A stretch of 64,000 bases of DNA, from NCBI GenBank assembly GCA_010909165.1, contig MU008169.1:434001-498000 (forward strand), given 5' to 3'. How positions within the stretch are numbered: the first letter of the stretch is position 1; every line of letters starts with the position of its first letter. Positions 1-12,795 of this stretch are shown piece by piece. A program made the position numbers and the translations under genes. The notes under the pieces were generated by a model that was not told where the DNA came from, did not search any database, and worked only from the letters and a program-made list of their open reading frames with translations. The DNA comes from Anthoceros angustus (taxonomy: Eukaryota > Plantae > Anthocerotophyta).

Positions 1-3000
1 TTTGGTACCTTGGTTTGGCGGCAAGAGTTGCTGGGAAGCGGCCTGAGATCCTGACCATTGTGCAGAATAGTGCGGTACGTTGGATGTTAATGTGGCATGT
101 TATTTGGTCAGAGTAGCGTGCTAAGTATGCGTCCTCGTTTCAAGTCATTGGTCCTGAGGAATCTACTGTCATCATGGCAGGTATTGAGTGTGGCGTGCAT
201 TGTCTTCTACAACCATTGTGGCAATCGGGCACCTTTTAAGCCTGCCACAGGCTTGCGGTGGTTTAGGAACTTTTTGTTTGAAGAGCTTGCAAAGTGGAAT
301 GCAACAGCAGTGTACCAAGGCTGGCCTGCAATGAATGAGATCAAGGAACAAGTATGCACAAATTGGCTTGGTCCAGTGGGATCTGCAAGTGACTACCCTG
401 TCTTCTCAAAATGGGTTCTCTATGGAGAGGTGTGGTATGGTCCCTTGGCTGAAGAATTTGCAGTGGAATTTTCTGTATGATTCCTTGACGCAGTGGACTC
501 AGAAGTTCAATTTGGTTGGCCCGTGATCGTTCCTTTGCCTGCTAGTTTCGTTTTTCTTCGGTCAACTCTGATCTTGTTTCTATTTGTCAGCGGGTTTGCA
601 ATGATTCTTGCATTGGACCATCAGATAATATCTCTCCAGTCTATTCTTTGTGGGCGACATTTATTGGGTTGTATGTTGCCAACTATGTGGTGGAGCGGTC
701 CACTGGGTGAGAACGTATTGTCCTTTCATGGTGTATTGTGATTGGAATATTGACGTTGTCTTGAATTGTAACTTCGTAGGGGTTGGTCGTCATGTTCCCT
801 GCCATATGCTAGTTGCTTATATTCTTGAGGGATTGAACAGGTGGGCACTTACTCACCCTGACTGTGATCAGAAACCTGAACAGCAGAAACCCTTGACATC
901 TCCGGAGTTTTTGGATATGGTGCCGTGGTATTCTGGGTGAGTTCAGCTGTTTTGCTTCAGCTTGATTATCCTTGTTCTAGTGATTGCGTTTGGTGGGATT
1001 GACCAGTGTCTGTCGTCTAACATAGGACCTCTGTTGATCTTTTCAAAACGGCATTTGATCTCCTGGTATCTGTCACGTTGTTCCTTGGCCGCTTTGACAT
1101 GCGAACTATGCAGGTATTCAGGATATGTGAACTCGGTGCAATGTTGGCTGTCTTTTATGCAAGAATGTTGTGGACTGATTTTGCTTTGTACATTGTAGGT
1201 AGCAATGACGCAAGCGCAGCAACATGGGAAGACTGACAGTTTTTCACATGTTCACTTCAGCAAGCGCAACGAATTTTGGTTTGACTTTATGGCAGACACA
1301 GGCGACGGAGGCAATTCAACGTATAGCATCGCTCGGCTGCTTGCACAGCCAAGCATATGGTCAAAGAATAAGCACAAGCAGTATAAAGATCTTCCTCGGG
1401 GTGACTTGCTCCTTGTTGGTGGTGATCTTGCGTGAGTTCCTGCAAGCTTTTCTCCCTTTTTCTTCTTAGCTTGTGACTTCGTGTCCTACATATCGTCTGA
1501 GTGGCATTATCTGTGGTGAGCCTCTCTTAAAGCATGATTTGCGTTTGTATTGGCCGCAGTTATCCAAATCCTTCACAATTCTCGTACGAGCAGAGACTCT
1601 TTCATCCTTTTGAGCTGGCCTTGCAACCACCTTTGAGCTACAAGCCTGAGCATATTGCTGTGAAGAAACCAGAGCTTCCAAAGGGAGTGAGGTCCCTTGA
1701 AGAATATGATGGCCCACAGTGCTTTGCGATTCCTGGAAATCATGGTAATCTGGAGTGTTCTGACTATTAGTTTTAAGTACCTTAGTCCTCCTCAATCAAT
1801 TATTTGATTTGCTGCTGTGGTCCATCTCAATCAATTATTTGATTTGCTGCTGTGCATGGTCTTGGTAGATTGGTTTGATGGGCTGGATACGTTCATGCGA
1901 TACATATGTCACAAAAGCTGGCTTGGGGGATGGCTCTTACCACAAGAGAAGAGCTACTTTGCACTGCAACTGCCTCATGGCTGGTGGGTCTTTGGTCTGG
2001 ATCAAGCTCTTCATGGAGATATTGACATATTCCAGTTCAAGTACTTTTTAGAGATCATACGGGATAAGGTAAAGACTACCATTTGTTGCAGAAAGTAGCA
2101 TGGATGAAGGTTGTTGGGTAGTGCTCTGTACGTGGCCTTTGTGTTTGCAACAGATGGGAGATTATGATTCTGTGATTATCATAACTCATGAGCCCAATTG
2201 GCTCTTGGACTGGTACTGGGACGGTGCTACTGGCAAGAACGTGGCACATTTAATTCAGGATCACTTACATGGTCGGTGTCGCTTAAGACTTGCTGGTGAC
2301 CTGCACCACTATATGCGGCACTCAGCTGTTCCTTCAGGGGCAACTATAAACGTTCAGCATTTGGTTGTGAATGGGTGTGGTGGCGCATTTCTTCATCCCA
2401 CACACGTTTTTGAAGGATTTTCTCGATTCCAGGGTGCCCACTACCAAAGATTGGCTGCATATCCATCTATTGAAGATTCTCAGAAGGTACCTGTAGGATA
2501 TATCCCATCTTGTATGTCTTTCACAATCTGAATCTCAAGTGTACAATGACTGATCCTCAGTACTGCACACTACATCAAGTTATTTCATCGTTTTGATTTA
2601 TGGCACATCAGATTGCTTTGGGCAACATTCTCAAGTTCCGGAAGAAGAATTGGCGTTTTGATGTTTTTGGTGGCATTGTTTACTTCATTTTGGTCTTCTC
2701 AATGTTGCCACAGGCATGTTAACCCTTTGGCTCCATCCTGCTGGCAGAAAATACAGTGTCTTCGATTTTTTCACGTTTCTGCTGCCAGATTGGGTCTAAA
2801 ACATTTTTTGTTGTGCTTGCAGTGTCACCTTGACCCTATCCTGCAGAGGGACAGCATGCGAGGTCACTTATATCATTTTTATGCTACAGTTGGACGTGCT
2901 GTGTTACATCTAGTGGAGCACTCCTATGTCTCAGCTGCAGGGGCCTTGGGACTACTAGTATTTGCTGTCCTCTTCGTCCCGAGCAAAGTTTCCAAGAAGC

Positions 3001-4049
3001 GGCGTCTTGCGATTGGCACGCTACATGCTGCTGCGCATCTCAGCTCTGCGTTGGTGTTAATGTTACTCTTGGAGTTGGGTGTTGAGACATGTGTTCGCCA
3101 TAAGCTCCTGGGAACAGCAGGTGCTTATCTTGGACAGTGGCACAAATCCGTAAAATGTGTAGTAGAGTAGAGGAGGTTTGTGTTATGTGCAAGGTCGCAA
3201 CTTGCTAATACTGACATGAGGGAGTGCTGTCTTATGTACAGGTTTTCACACCCTCTACGACTGGTACCGTTCAAAGGAGAATGAGCATTTTCCAGATCCA
3301 ACAGGTTTACGATCCCGGATTGAGTATTGGACGTTTGGCTTGTATCCGGCATGCCTGAAGTACCTCATCGCAGCTTTTGACGTGCCTGAGGTGAGTTTTG
3401 ACATTTGATGTGTTTCATATCGTCCAATCAGATCATTCTTTATTTGTCTTCCCGGGTATGACGAATGCAGATAATGGCTGTCACACGAAGCAAGATCTGC
3501 AAGCATGGATTATGGTCTTTGCCTCGGGGGATCATATTGTTGTACTACGTATCAATTTTTTTATACTACTGGGTCTTCTCCACCCCAGTGGTATCCTTGG
3601 TTTTCGGCAGCTATCTGTATATCTGCATCAACTGGTTTCATCTGCATTTTGATGAAGCCTTTTCTTCTTTGAGAATTGCCAACTACAAGTCCTTTTCGAG
3701 ATGTCATATTACATCTGACGGTGATCTGGAGGTTTTCACTCTCGCAGTTGACAAGGTTTGCCGCACAACTCAATTTTGCAGATGCATGTAGTTTATAGTT
3801 CAGTATGGTCTATAATGTGTTTCTGCTCAGCAGTATCTTACACATTTGATGGTTTACTCCTGGCAGGTCCCCAAAGAATGGATTCTTGACCCTGAATGGG
3901 AAGCGGAAACTAGATCCGTACCTCATGAATTCATGTCATATTTGAGAAAGCACCCGAGCCAGTGGAGTCCTGCAGTATCAAATCGGGACAAGAACTTTAA
4001 AGTGAGGATTATCGATTCTTTTGTCATTAACAAACTAACTCCTATCTGA
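1..4049 (+). CDS. Calcineurin-like metallophosphoesterase superfamily membrane protein (multi-exon, 5' end lies before the window)
   Basis: Successive exons translate to WYLGLAARVAGKRPEIL, SLWATFIGLYVANYVVERSTG, TSVDLFKTAFDLLVSVTLFLGRFDMRTMQ, FMADTGDGGNSTY, LLVGGDLA|YPNPS, FAIPGNH|DWFDGLDTF, IITHEPNW, LAGDLHHYMRH, VVNGCGGAFLHPTH and HFDEAFSSLRIANYKSF. GT-AG introns are ~80-130 nt; stop at 4049. The D, GD, GNH and H metallophosphoesterase motifs are present. Confidence 0.92.
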
Positions 4050-4539
4050 AATGCTGTGGACCTACACCGCCAACGTCACTGCTCGCCTCCTAGGAAGCCA
4101 CACAATTGTCTCGTCATCCTTGGTGAAGCATGAAGACTACTGGGCTTCGGCGTCTTCATGGCACCATGAAGTACCTGTCTACTTTGTATTCTACGTCTTT
4201 TGAAGTATTATATTCTCTTTTTTGTACTTGCATCCTGGTGGATGTCTCTGCGAGCATGCGTGGTGGTCACATAATATGTACATTGCCCGGTCCCCAAAAG
4301 TCCTTTGATTCTGCCCGATCTCGGACACCGCACAAGAGACGTGCAGTTACGCCCTGTCGGCCTATACCTACCTCTTCGCGGGTCTTCTTGCACCTATGAC
4401 CGTACCTCTTTCACCTACAACTTCCGCCAGAAAAAGAGATGACCGGACCTATAGTGGTTGCAAGTGCTATAGGCTTCTGGATCTTATTTCCTATGTATTA
4501 TTTATATATAAAGTATTATTTATTTATAGACGCATGTTC

Positions 4540-5800
4540 GTCCGGGCTTATGCTAGGTGCTAGGTTGCCTTGATGGGGTGGGCCCGGCCACTCACTCTCT
4601 CCCTCTCTTCGTTGCTCTTGCAGGGCACGCCATCCCAAGTTTATATAGGATACTTTCGTACAACCTATGTCTATTGAAAGCTTGGATTGTGGCTTGTAGA
4701 AGTATCTACAATGGATATTAGAAATCTCCAAAGACCGCCATGAGCACGAGAAGGCAATGGGTTCCTTGAGAAAGCAAACCCTTAAGCAAGAGGTATTCCG
4801 GCAGATTGCCAGCCCTAAAAAAAAGATGTCCTCCCTAGGCATTCGCACAATGTGCAAAGCTTCAAACTTGCCCACAATCTCTAGTGTTGCCCATTGTTGC
4901 AGCTACATATTCGGTGAGATTCAAGCAATTTTGTGTTCTCGATGTCTTTTTGGGCCATACCCGGTTCAAAATCATCATAGAATTGTTCCATTTTGACCAT
5001 GTGATCCTTCACTTCTTGCATCTCCTTCTCCTGGTCCTGTATGTACTTCTTCTGGCCCTATATGATGTACTTCTTCTGGTCCTATATGATGTACTTCTTC
5101 TGCTGCTGCATCTCTGAAAACAACGATATGTTCTTCATGAAAATCTACAATCTAGATAAAACCTTTCGTAATCTGTCCTAATTCTTCAAATTCTAAAATT
5201 AGTTCTTATCCAACTTCCACTTTTAAATTGTTCCAAGATTTAACAATGTATTGGTAATAAAACAATTTCCTTTGTGTCGTTGAACTAGTTGTCCAAGTGC
5301 TATCTTGTTTGCCATTTGATATACTCTGTCACTCACTACTTGCTTCTCTCCCCTTACAAACCTTGTGTGTAATTGAGGTGACTAACCGAGAGGGAGCACA
5401 TCCAATCTTGATTGACCTTTCATCCTTGTAGATCGCCATTGCTTTTGTCTTCCAAATCACCAAGTCAGAATTAGGATGAACTGCTTATATGTAACCCTTC
5501 CCCCCAAAGGAGATGTCTGACAAATCGCCCCTACCATCATCTTGGTGTAATGAGATTCGTGCAATTATGTGAGAACATTTATTTGTTGGTGTTACAAGTA
5601 GGCAGATATATCTAAAGTATGTAGAGTACGTGGAATTGAAAATCTTAACGCCTTTGGGAGTAGCTAAAGCTGACGAACCTAGGGTATGAAAAATTTTTCA
5701 TGGAATTTGTGGAACCGCATCCGACATGGAGAGTCCAAGTATCGGTGTATTTCGGATGAGCATCCTGGCCTTTTTCAGGAAAAATATCGCTCCCCACTTG
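4540..5800 (-). mobile_element. Highly degraded LTR-retrotransposon pol remnant (RNase H-like), tentative
   Basis: The minus-strand peptide LEIVGKFEALHIVRMPREDIFF (~4800-4890) resembles the F..(H/R)I.R.PRE.N segment of Tat-type RNase H. The rest is stop-riddled and only loosely pol-like. Confidence 0.35.
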
Positions 5801-6379
5801 GGACTTCCCGCTCTGGCTAGTTTGAAACTTGGGCCTTAGCCTTGCCTGCTTCAGTTGGTCGGAACTTGTTATGAAGCCTACAATGCTGACTTCTTACAAG
5901 TACACCTCCTCAATTGTTTGTGGGTTTCTATCAATATCACCATATCGATTCGATGTGATTCAATGTCATATGTGTTCAACGTCCCCAACCCCATATATGA
6001 GTTCAGTTGTTGAATAAACATGCATTTGAAAAAACAATTCATGACTACTTCTAGTTTATGGCCATGAGACGATCCACAGTTGTTGCAAAAACCAAGAATC
6101 AAGAGCGAGGTTAGTCTTCGGTTGTCATATTGCAAGCCGCATCTAGCTAGTGTGTCGACGTCATTGAAGATTTTGAGGTGCAGAGGAGAGCTCTAACAAT
6201 TCTAACTAGAGCTTAGCCGTTGGAGACTAGTGGACACTCACCTTTCAAGGAGGTTGAGAAGTCCTCCAGACTCATTTCTAGCTTTACCAAGTGAATTATA
6301 TCGATCTTCAATCACTGGAGCTTGATGAGTCCATGGGATTAAGTAGAAACCATCAGATTTTCAGTGAGGTATCTTGCTA

Positions 6380-6800
6380 CAATTTGGGAATTACGTACAA
6401 TATTACACCAAGAGACTTTCAGTGAGGTATCTTGCTACAATTTGGGAATTACGTACAATATTACACCAAGAGACGCCTTGTTTGATACTAACAAATACAA
6501 GTTTCACTTGTACACTCTTGGTCTTTGATAGTGACTATTATAACAATGGTGTGCCCATGGGTTGGGATATTGCGGATAGTGGGATAACCATAAATATTCA
6601 GTCTCAAATCATTTTAGGAATAGATATTTATTAAATATTGCCTACAATGGCGACCCAATTTTGGTGCACGATGTAGCTGGGGAGACTGCAACCATCGAAG
6701 ATATATGAGCAGTTTCAGTTTTGTTATGTTCATGGTACGTGAAAGTGTTGGTGGCGGTACTTGTAACTGGGAGCTTCGAGTTGCAATCTTTCAACCCCTA
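6380..6800 (+). mobile_element. Degraded MULE (Mutator-like) transposase fragment
   Basis: Across frameshifts it reads DTNKYKFHLYTL/LVFDSDYYNNGVPMGWDI ... WRPNF/LVHDVAGETATIEDI*AVSVLLCSWYVK. This matches the MULE core (T.KY..LYTLLVFD..NGVPVAW.I ... VDDA..E..AI..VF...VLLC.WHV). Confidence 0.65.
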
Positions 6801-7602
6801 GGACACATAATGATATACCTATCCTGACACGAGCACACAAGATGCTGCAACAAGTGCACAGGGATTTTCAGTACAATTCTTCAAGTTTTATAGACTGATT
6901 TCGGAGACCATTGCAATGGCACAATGTGCTATCATTATCGTTAAAGAGTATAAGAACCATGCGGCATTCATATTAAGCAAGATTGTAACTCTGTTATTGA
7001 AGCATGGTATAGGTTTTTGAAGTTCTTGTGGCACCATGATTTCATTCGGCTTCGTGGCAGACTGCTGCTATAGGTTTTTGAAGTTCTTGTGGCACCATGA
7101 TTTCATTCGGCTTCGTGGCAGACTGCTGCACTGGTTACTACACACGCTTGTGGAAGTAGTCAGCAAGATCTACTCATACGAACATTTCACTAAGAAGCAT
7201 GGCCTCAAGTTTAACTTAAGAGAAGCAGCTAATGTGGAAAATGCAATTCTTGGTGATCACAGCATGGATAACTGCAGCATCGATAGCAGATGCCTATCAA
7301 CGCAAAATCGGAGTCAAGGTCACTCTCGGTTTGGATCAAAAAGGTAAAGTAACCGGAAGACACAAGCCCCGAGAGCACAAACTTGCTGCTCAGTTCGCAG
7401 GACAGAAATCACAAACCGGCCGGCCCGCACTTGGAACAAGTCTTTTCCTGTTTCCCCCGAAACCCTAGAATTGCGATGCCCACAGTGGTTGAGGCTGGGA
7501 CAAAAATTGTATTGGGACCAAAATTGGATGTATGCTAGTTTGGAAAAGCTAGACAAGAGCTACGCCGCCCTCAAAATATCGCCAAAGCTGCCTGCCTGAA
7601 AG

Positions 7603-9742
7603 CTAGAGCGGAGCTCGCACCGGAGCTGGCGATGGCGGGAATTGGAGAGGCGAGGGAGCGGGAGCAGGCGAAAGACCGAAGGTCCCACAACCGTCGTCGA
7701 CGGTAAGGCCAGGCCCGCCGTAGAAGAAGCTGGCCTTCCAGTCGTCGAACACGTAGGGGTACGTGAAGTACCAGATGGGGATCTCAGCGGCCTGGACCAT
7801 GCCTTGCGCGTCCCGCAGCTGGCCCGCGGTGTCCACGAACTGGACGTTTCTGTGATACGCAGCTCTCTGGAACCCGGCTGTGGGAAATTCGCCGCTGCCC
7901 ATGAAGGGCTTCATGCCGTGTTTCAGGCCCGGGATGACGACGGTGTCGTCGCTGTAGTACACCTCTGCCCCCCAGTTCAAAGTGTCGGCCCTGTTCCTGA
8001 GGTGCGTGAAGAGGGAGGAGGGCCAGTAGCCCACGTTCTCGTCGTTGAACTGCAGCCACCAGTTTCCCGTCCCGTTGTCCTGCTCAAGAACGGGAGAGGG
8101 AAGAGGAGATTCATGGTGTGGATGAGCAGGTTGTGCGGAATTTCATGCTTTGCTTGAAGAATGCGGGTAAAATGGAGGTTGGGCTCACCTTGAATACCCG
8201 GAGCTTGATCTCGTACTGGACAGAATCCAGGGAGGAGACGGGGGCGATGCTGCCGCCCAGCAGGACTTTGTTGCTCACTTGGACGAAGCCTGGGCAGTCC
8301 AGGTTGTAGCACCCGGTGCTGCTGTAGCCATCGCTCTGCAAAGGAGGATGAAGGAATTGAAGGTGAGGATGCGGGGATTGATTGAGGGCTAGCATATGTG
8401 ATGAGAATCTTAATGTAGGGAGCCCTTCTTACCGTCCAGTAGATGAAGAGTCGAGGATTTGTGTCTCCATACTTGTATGGGTATACCTGGAATGAAGAGC
8501 AGCAGCATTCATATGTGCATGCAGGAGCGACGCATGGTGTGATTGAGAAGGGATGAAGAATGTGAGGCCGGCCTACTCACCTGCCAGCCGGCTTCAATGG
8601 TGTTGAAGTCTTTTAATTGGCTGCCCCCGATCACCCAGAACTGGGAGACGCTGAAGGCATCATCGCCCACCACAAAGGGAGCCCACGCCGACATGGTCAC
8701 CTCTGTGCCTGTGAAGTTCCCGTTCAAGTATGTGTACGCATGCTGCCAGACATCATCAACAGCTACCCCGTTATGTCATGTCACCTGCTGGCCAGTGGCC
8801 ATGGCCAGCATTGCAGCAGCACCAGACATTAGCAAGGAAATGCACAATTGCACAAACCAGGTGCTCGTTGCTGGGATCGCCAGTAGAGGTAGGAAGGCCC
8901 CATCTCGAAACCGCGGCCTCAGGCTTGCGGTATTTCCCGACGTGGTACTTTCCCAGCAGCGAGACAGCATCAGCCCCCGTGCTGTGGCTGCTCACTCGGT
9001 AGGGGATGGTTCCGGCAGGGCAGCCCCCAGGATGCTCCACCGCAAACAGCGAGTTGGCTCTCTCCATCGACTCAAACGAGACGTCTGTGCCATTCCCTCC
9101 TCTCGGCGATCTCACAGGAGCAGCCTTTCACCCACAACAACAGGAATTCCAGTCAGTCCAACCCATTGCCATTGCCACAGCCCGATCCAGCCCCGCCCAC
9201 AAATGCAGAACACCAATTGCCATCGCCACAGCCCAATCAAGCACTGCCCGCAAATGCAAAACACCGAATTGCCATCGCCACAGCCCAATCCAACACCGCC
9301 CCCAAATGCAAAGCACTGAATTGCCGTCGCCACAGCCCAATCCACCACCGCCCACAACAGCAAAACAGGAGCTACCCACCTGCACCGAGCGTGGAGCCGA
9401 CGGCTGCAGCGCTGAAGGCACGCAGCTGAGTCGATCACCATCCGAGACCTGCATTGCAATCGTGTACACAATGTCATCAGCCCACGACCCAACAGCAACC
9501 CGGAATCCAACGTTACCAACTCTGAAGCAACCTCCAGGCTCACACACCTGGAATGTGACAATCTGCGAGGAGGAAGAGGAAGGCGGCGGCGCCCCGGGCA
9601 CCTGCAACGCCTCCCGCCGTGGAGTTTCGCCGCTGACACCAATCCTGGTTCCCACACAATGCACGAACAGGGAGGACTGGAGGAGCAGAAGCACAGCCAC
9701 CGCGCTGTCGCATCTCCTCCAAAGCGCAGCTTTCCGGGACAT
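7603..9742 (-). CDS. Neprosin-family glutamic peptidase (DUF239, with activation peptide), about 7 exons
   Basis: Signal peptide (MSRKAALW...VAVLLLLQSSLFVHCVG), activation-peptide motifs SDGDRLSCVPSALQPS and CPAGTIP, and catalytic-domain motifs TIEAGWQ, YGDTNPRLFIYWT, GCYNLDCPGFVQV, GNWWLQF, VGYWPSSLF, WGAEV, FMGSGEFP and FFYGGPG. Both catalytic Glu residues are present and the GT-AG junctions are consistent. Confidence 0.9.
9165..9362. repeat. ~52-bp minisatellite, about 4 copies, in neprosin intron 2
   Basis: Units starting ATTGCCATCGCCACAGCCCAATC begin at 9165, 9216, 9268 and 9320. Confidence 0.85.
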
Positions 9743-9972
9743 GGTTGCTGCGACTGCGTCAAATGAGACGCAGAAAGAGTAACATGTCGAGCTTTTGTGA
9801 GAGGCGCGATGGCTTCCCGAGGAAACTTTCGCGTGGGACTCAGTCTTTGTTGAGAGACCATCTCCACCTGGCTCTCTCCCCTCCAAGCGCGGACCACCCC
9901 TCGGCCCTGCCCAAGGCCCCTAGGTGCGAGGCCCACCGTGGCGGCCCGGAGGCTGGACTTTCCCCTCTCTCT

Positions 9973-11450
9973 TGCAGGAGCAGGGTCAGGGTGTTCGTCA
10001 TCACTCATCTCCACCGCGCAACACATTTTCTGCAGCCCTGCCGCGCATCCGGGCCTTCCTGCTTTAGCACTGTGTGGGTCTTGCTGATCATTGTCTACAT
10101 ATGTCTCCTCGAATCCACAGTCAATGTACGGACCTTGGCAGGCAGGTCTGCCCGGCTTGCAGGCTGCAGCCTGCTATTACTTGATGATCTAGATCGTCAC
10201 CAGACTCATCACCACGAGATCAACATGCCTGCTTTCACGACTTCCTGCCCACAACGTGAGCAGGGACAGAATTCACTCGAACACCTGCTGCTTGCTCATT
10301 GGTCTTCCCTGCAGTAGTTTATTGATGTCTACAACGCCTCGGCGGGTTTGTTAACTCTGCACGACTGCAAAAGCAGACATCACGATCTTTCTTTAACTGC
10401 AGAAACATCGCAACATTTCCAGGTACCTACTGTTCTGCTATCTCTGCGTGCACTATAAGTCTGCATTTATGTAGGTATTCTGATATACTGCAAGTGGGAG
10501 TCCGTCACGTGAGGGGCTCGTCCTATGACGTTTGGAAACTCACCTGCATCGAGAGATGAGGGAAAAGATCTGCTAGAGCCTGCCAGGTTTTAGGGTGTAG
10601 TACAGAACATATCTCCGGTACTCAGTCAGGTCTGGTGCTGGAAGGAGTCGCACACTGCTTCATCTCTGGTCACCGCCCTGACAGAAGGGGAACTGGGAGG
10701 CAGCTCTGCAGGAGCAGGGTCAGGGTGTTCGTCATCACTCATCTCCACCGCGCAACACATTTTCTGCAGCCTGCCGCGCATCCGGGCCTTCCTGCTTTAG
10801 CACTGTGTGGGTCTTGCTGATCATTGTCTACATATGTCTCCTCGAATCCACAGTCAATGTACGGACCTTGGCAGGCAGGTCTGCCCGGCTTGCAGGCTGC
10901 AGCCTGCTATTACTTGATGATCTAGATCGTCACCAGACTCATCACCACGAGATCAACATGCCTGCTTTCACGACTTCCTGCCCACAACGTGAGCAGGGAC
11001 AGAATTCACTCGAACACCTGCTGCTTGCTCATTGGTCTTCCCCTGCAGTAGTTTATTGATGTCTACAACGCCTCGGCGGGTTTGTTAACTCTGCACGACT
11101 GCAAAAGCAGACATCACGATCTTTCTTTAACTGCAGAAACATCGCAACATTTCCAGGTACCTACTGTTCTGCTATCTCTGCGTGCACTATAAGTCTGCAT
11201 TTATGTAGGTATTCTGATATACTGCAAGTGGGAGTCCGTCACGTGAGGGGCTCGTCCTATGACGTTTGGAAACTCACCTGCATCGAGAGATGAGGGAAAA
11301 GATCTGCTAGAGCCTGCCAGGTTTTAGGGTGTAGTACAGAACATATCTCCGGTACTCAGTCAGGTCTGGTGCTGGAAGGAGTCGCACACTGCTTCATCTC
11401 TCTGGTCACCGCCCTGACAGAAGGGGAACTGGGAGGGGCAGCTCTGCAGG
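9973..11450. repeat. Near-perfect tandem duplication, ~735-bp unit, including the LRR gene stop codon and 3' UTR
   Basis: 9973-10706 is repeated at 10707-11444. The boundary hexamer TGCAGG occurs at 9973, 10707 and 11445. The differences I saw are 1-2 nt indels in short runs. Confidence 0.95.
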
Positions 11451-12795
11451 CAGTTGTTGACAAAGCTGGCAAGCAAGGAGTCAGAAGGGAGGGTGGAGAA
11501 AGTGGGGGGAATTTCTCCAGTCAAGTAGTTTCCGTCCAGGTAGAGCTGTGAGAAAGGTATAACTCGCACTCCGTCTACTGATCCTGCTGCTTTCTGAGCG
11601 TACACATCCGGGATGGGGCCACTCAGGAGATTCTGGCTCAGAATAAGCCCAGACAGCCGCTCTAGCTTCCCCAGTGCCGAAGGAAGAGACCCCCTCACCT
11701 GATTGAAGCCCAGGTCCACGACTGCTAGCTCGCTTGCGCTGGGGTAGAACCTTGGCACGTAGACGGCCGTGAAGTAGTTTCTTGAGAGGTTGAGCTGCTG
11801 GAGGGCTGGAAGCTTGAAGGTGTATGAGCCCACAATGCCCGTTAGCTTATTGCTACTGAGATCTAGAACTTGAAGCTGAGACAGCAGCTTCAGGGATCTT
11901 GGCAGCTGGCCAGAGAAAGCATTTCCCCGCAACACAACCCGCAGTAACTGGAGTGGTGGTAGTAGAGGGAGGTGCCCGGACAGGAGATTGTTACTGGCAT
12001 CTAAGTAAGTCAGCTGCGTAAGGTTTTCCAGCCTAGGGAGCCCCCCAACCAAGCTGTTTTTGAAGAGATAAAGCGTTGTCAAGTTCACCAGGCTGCTAAA
12101 ACTGCTGGGGATCATTCCATCTATCTTGTTATTGCTCAGAGACAAATACTGCAGATTAGGAAGGTGACCTAATGACACGGGGATCACTCCAGACAACAGG
12201 TTGGAAGATAGGTCTAACCATATTAGCTGCTTCAATCCGCCTAGAGTACTGGGAATCTCGCCTTCAAAACCGTTCCCTGAAAAATCAGCAGACTGCAGAC
12301 AGCAGACAGCAAACGAAAACTCCAGGATCAGCCAGCCTGTGCAAAATCCGCAAGAAAGAATGCCATGAGACAGACCAATGTTAAGGAAAAGGCAGCTTGA
12401 AAACATCAAGTCAGAACCATCCATACCTGTAGAGCAGAGAGATTACCAATGTAAGGAGACAAGGTGCCTTTGTACCCACTTCCACTCAAGGTCAGGCTGG
12501 TAACCCGCACATCACCTCCCAGAACACTGCATTGCACCCCACACACGAACGCCAGCGGTGAAGCAGACTCGCAAGGGTCGAACAAAAAATCCCATGATTC
12601 AACGCAGGAGCCGCCTGCAACTGTTTCGGGGTCCACTGCAGCCTTGATCGCAATCAGAGCCTCAACGTCGGAGCCAAGAGTAGCAGCCGCCCGCTCACCC
12701 ACTTCCAACAGCACCAAAAAGCCCACCAAAATCGACGCCAACACCCGCCTCCCAAGGCCAACTGCTCCATGAACCCGCTGCCGGAATCCTGTCAT
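11360..12795 (-). CDS. Secreted extracellular leucine-rich repeat protein (receptor-like/PGIP-like, no TM or kinase domain), 2 exons
   Basis: Exon 1 (12795-12427) has a signal peptide and an LRRNT cap (DVEALIAIKAAVD..SWDF..DPC). Exon 2 (12292-11360) has plant LRRs (LxxLxLSxNxLSGxIP) and a C-terminal Cys cap (NNCLQSCP). The intron is phase-0 GT-AG. Confidence 0.9.
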
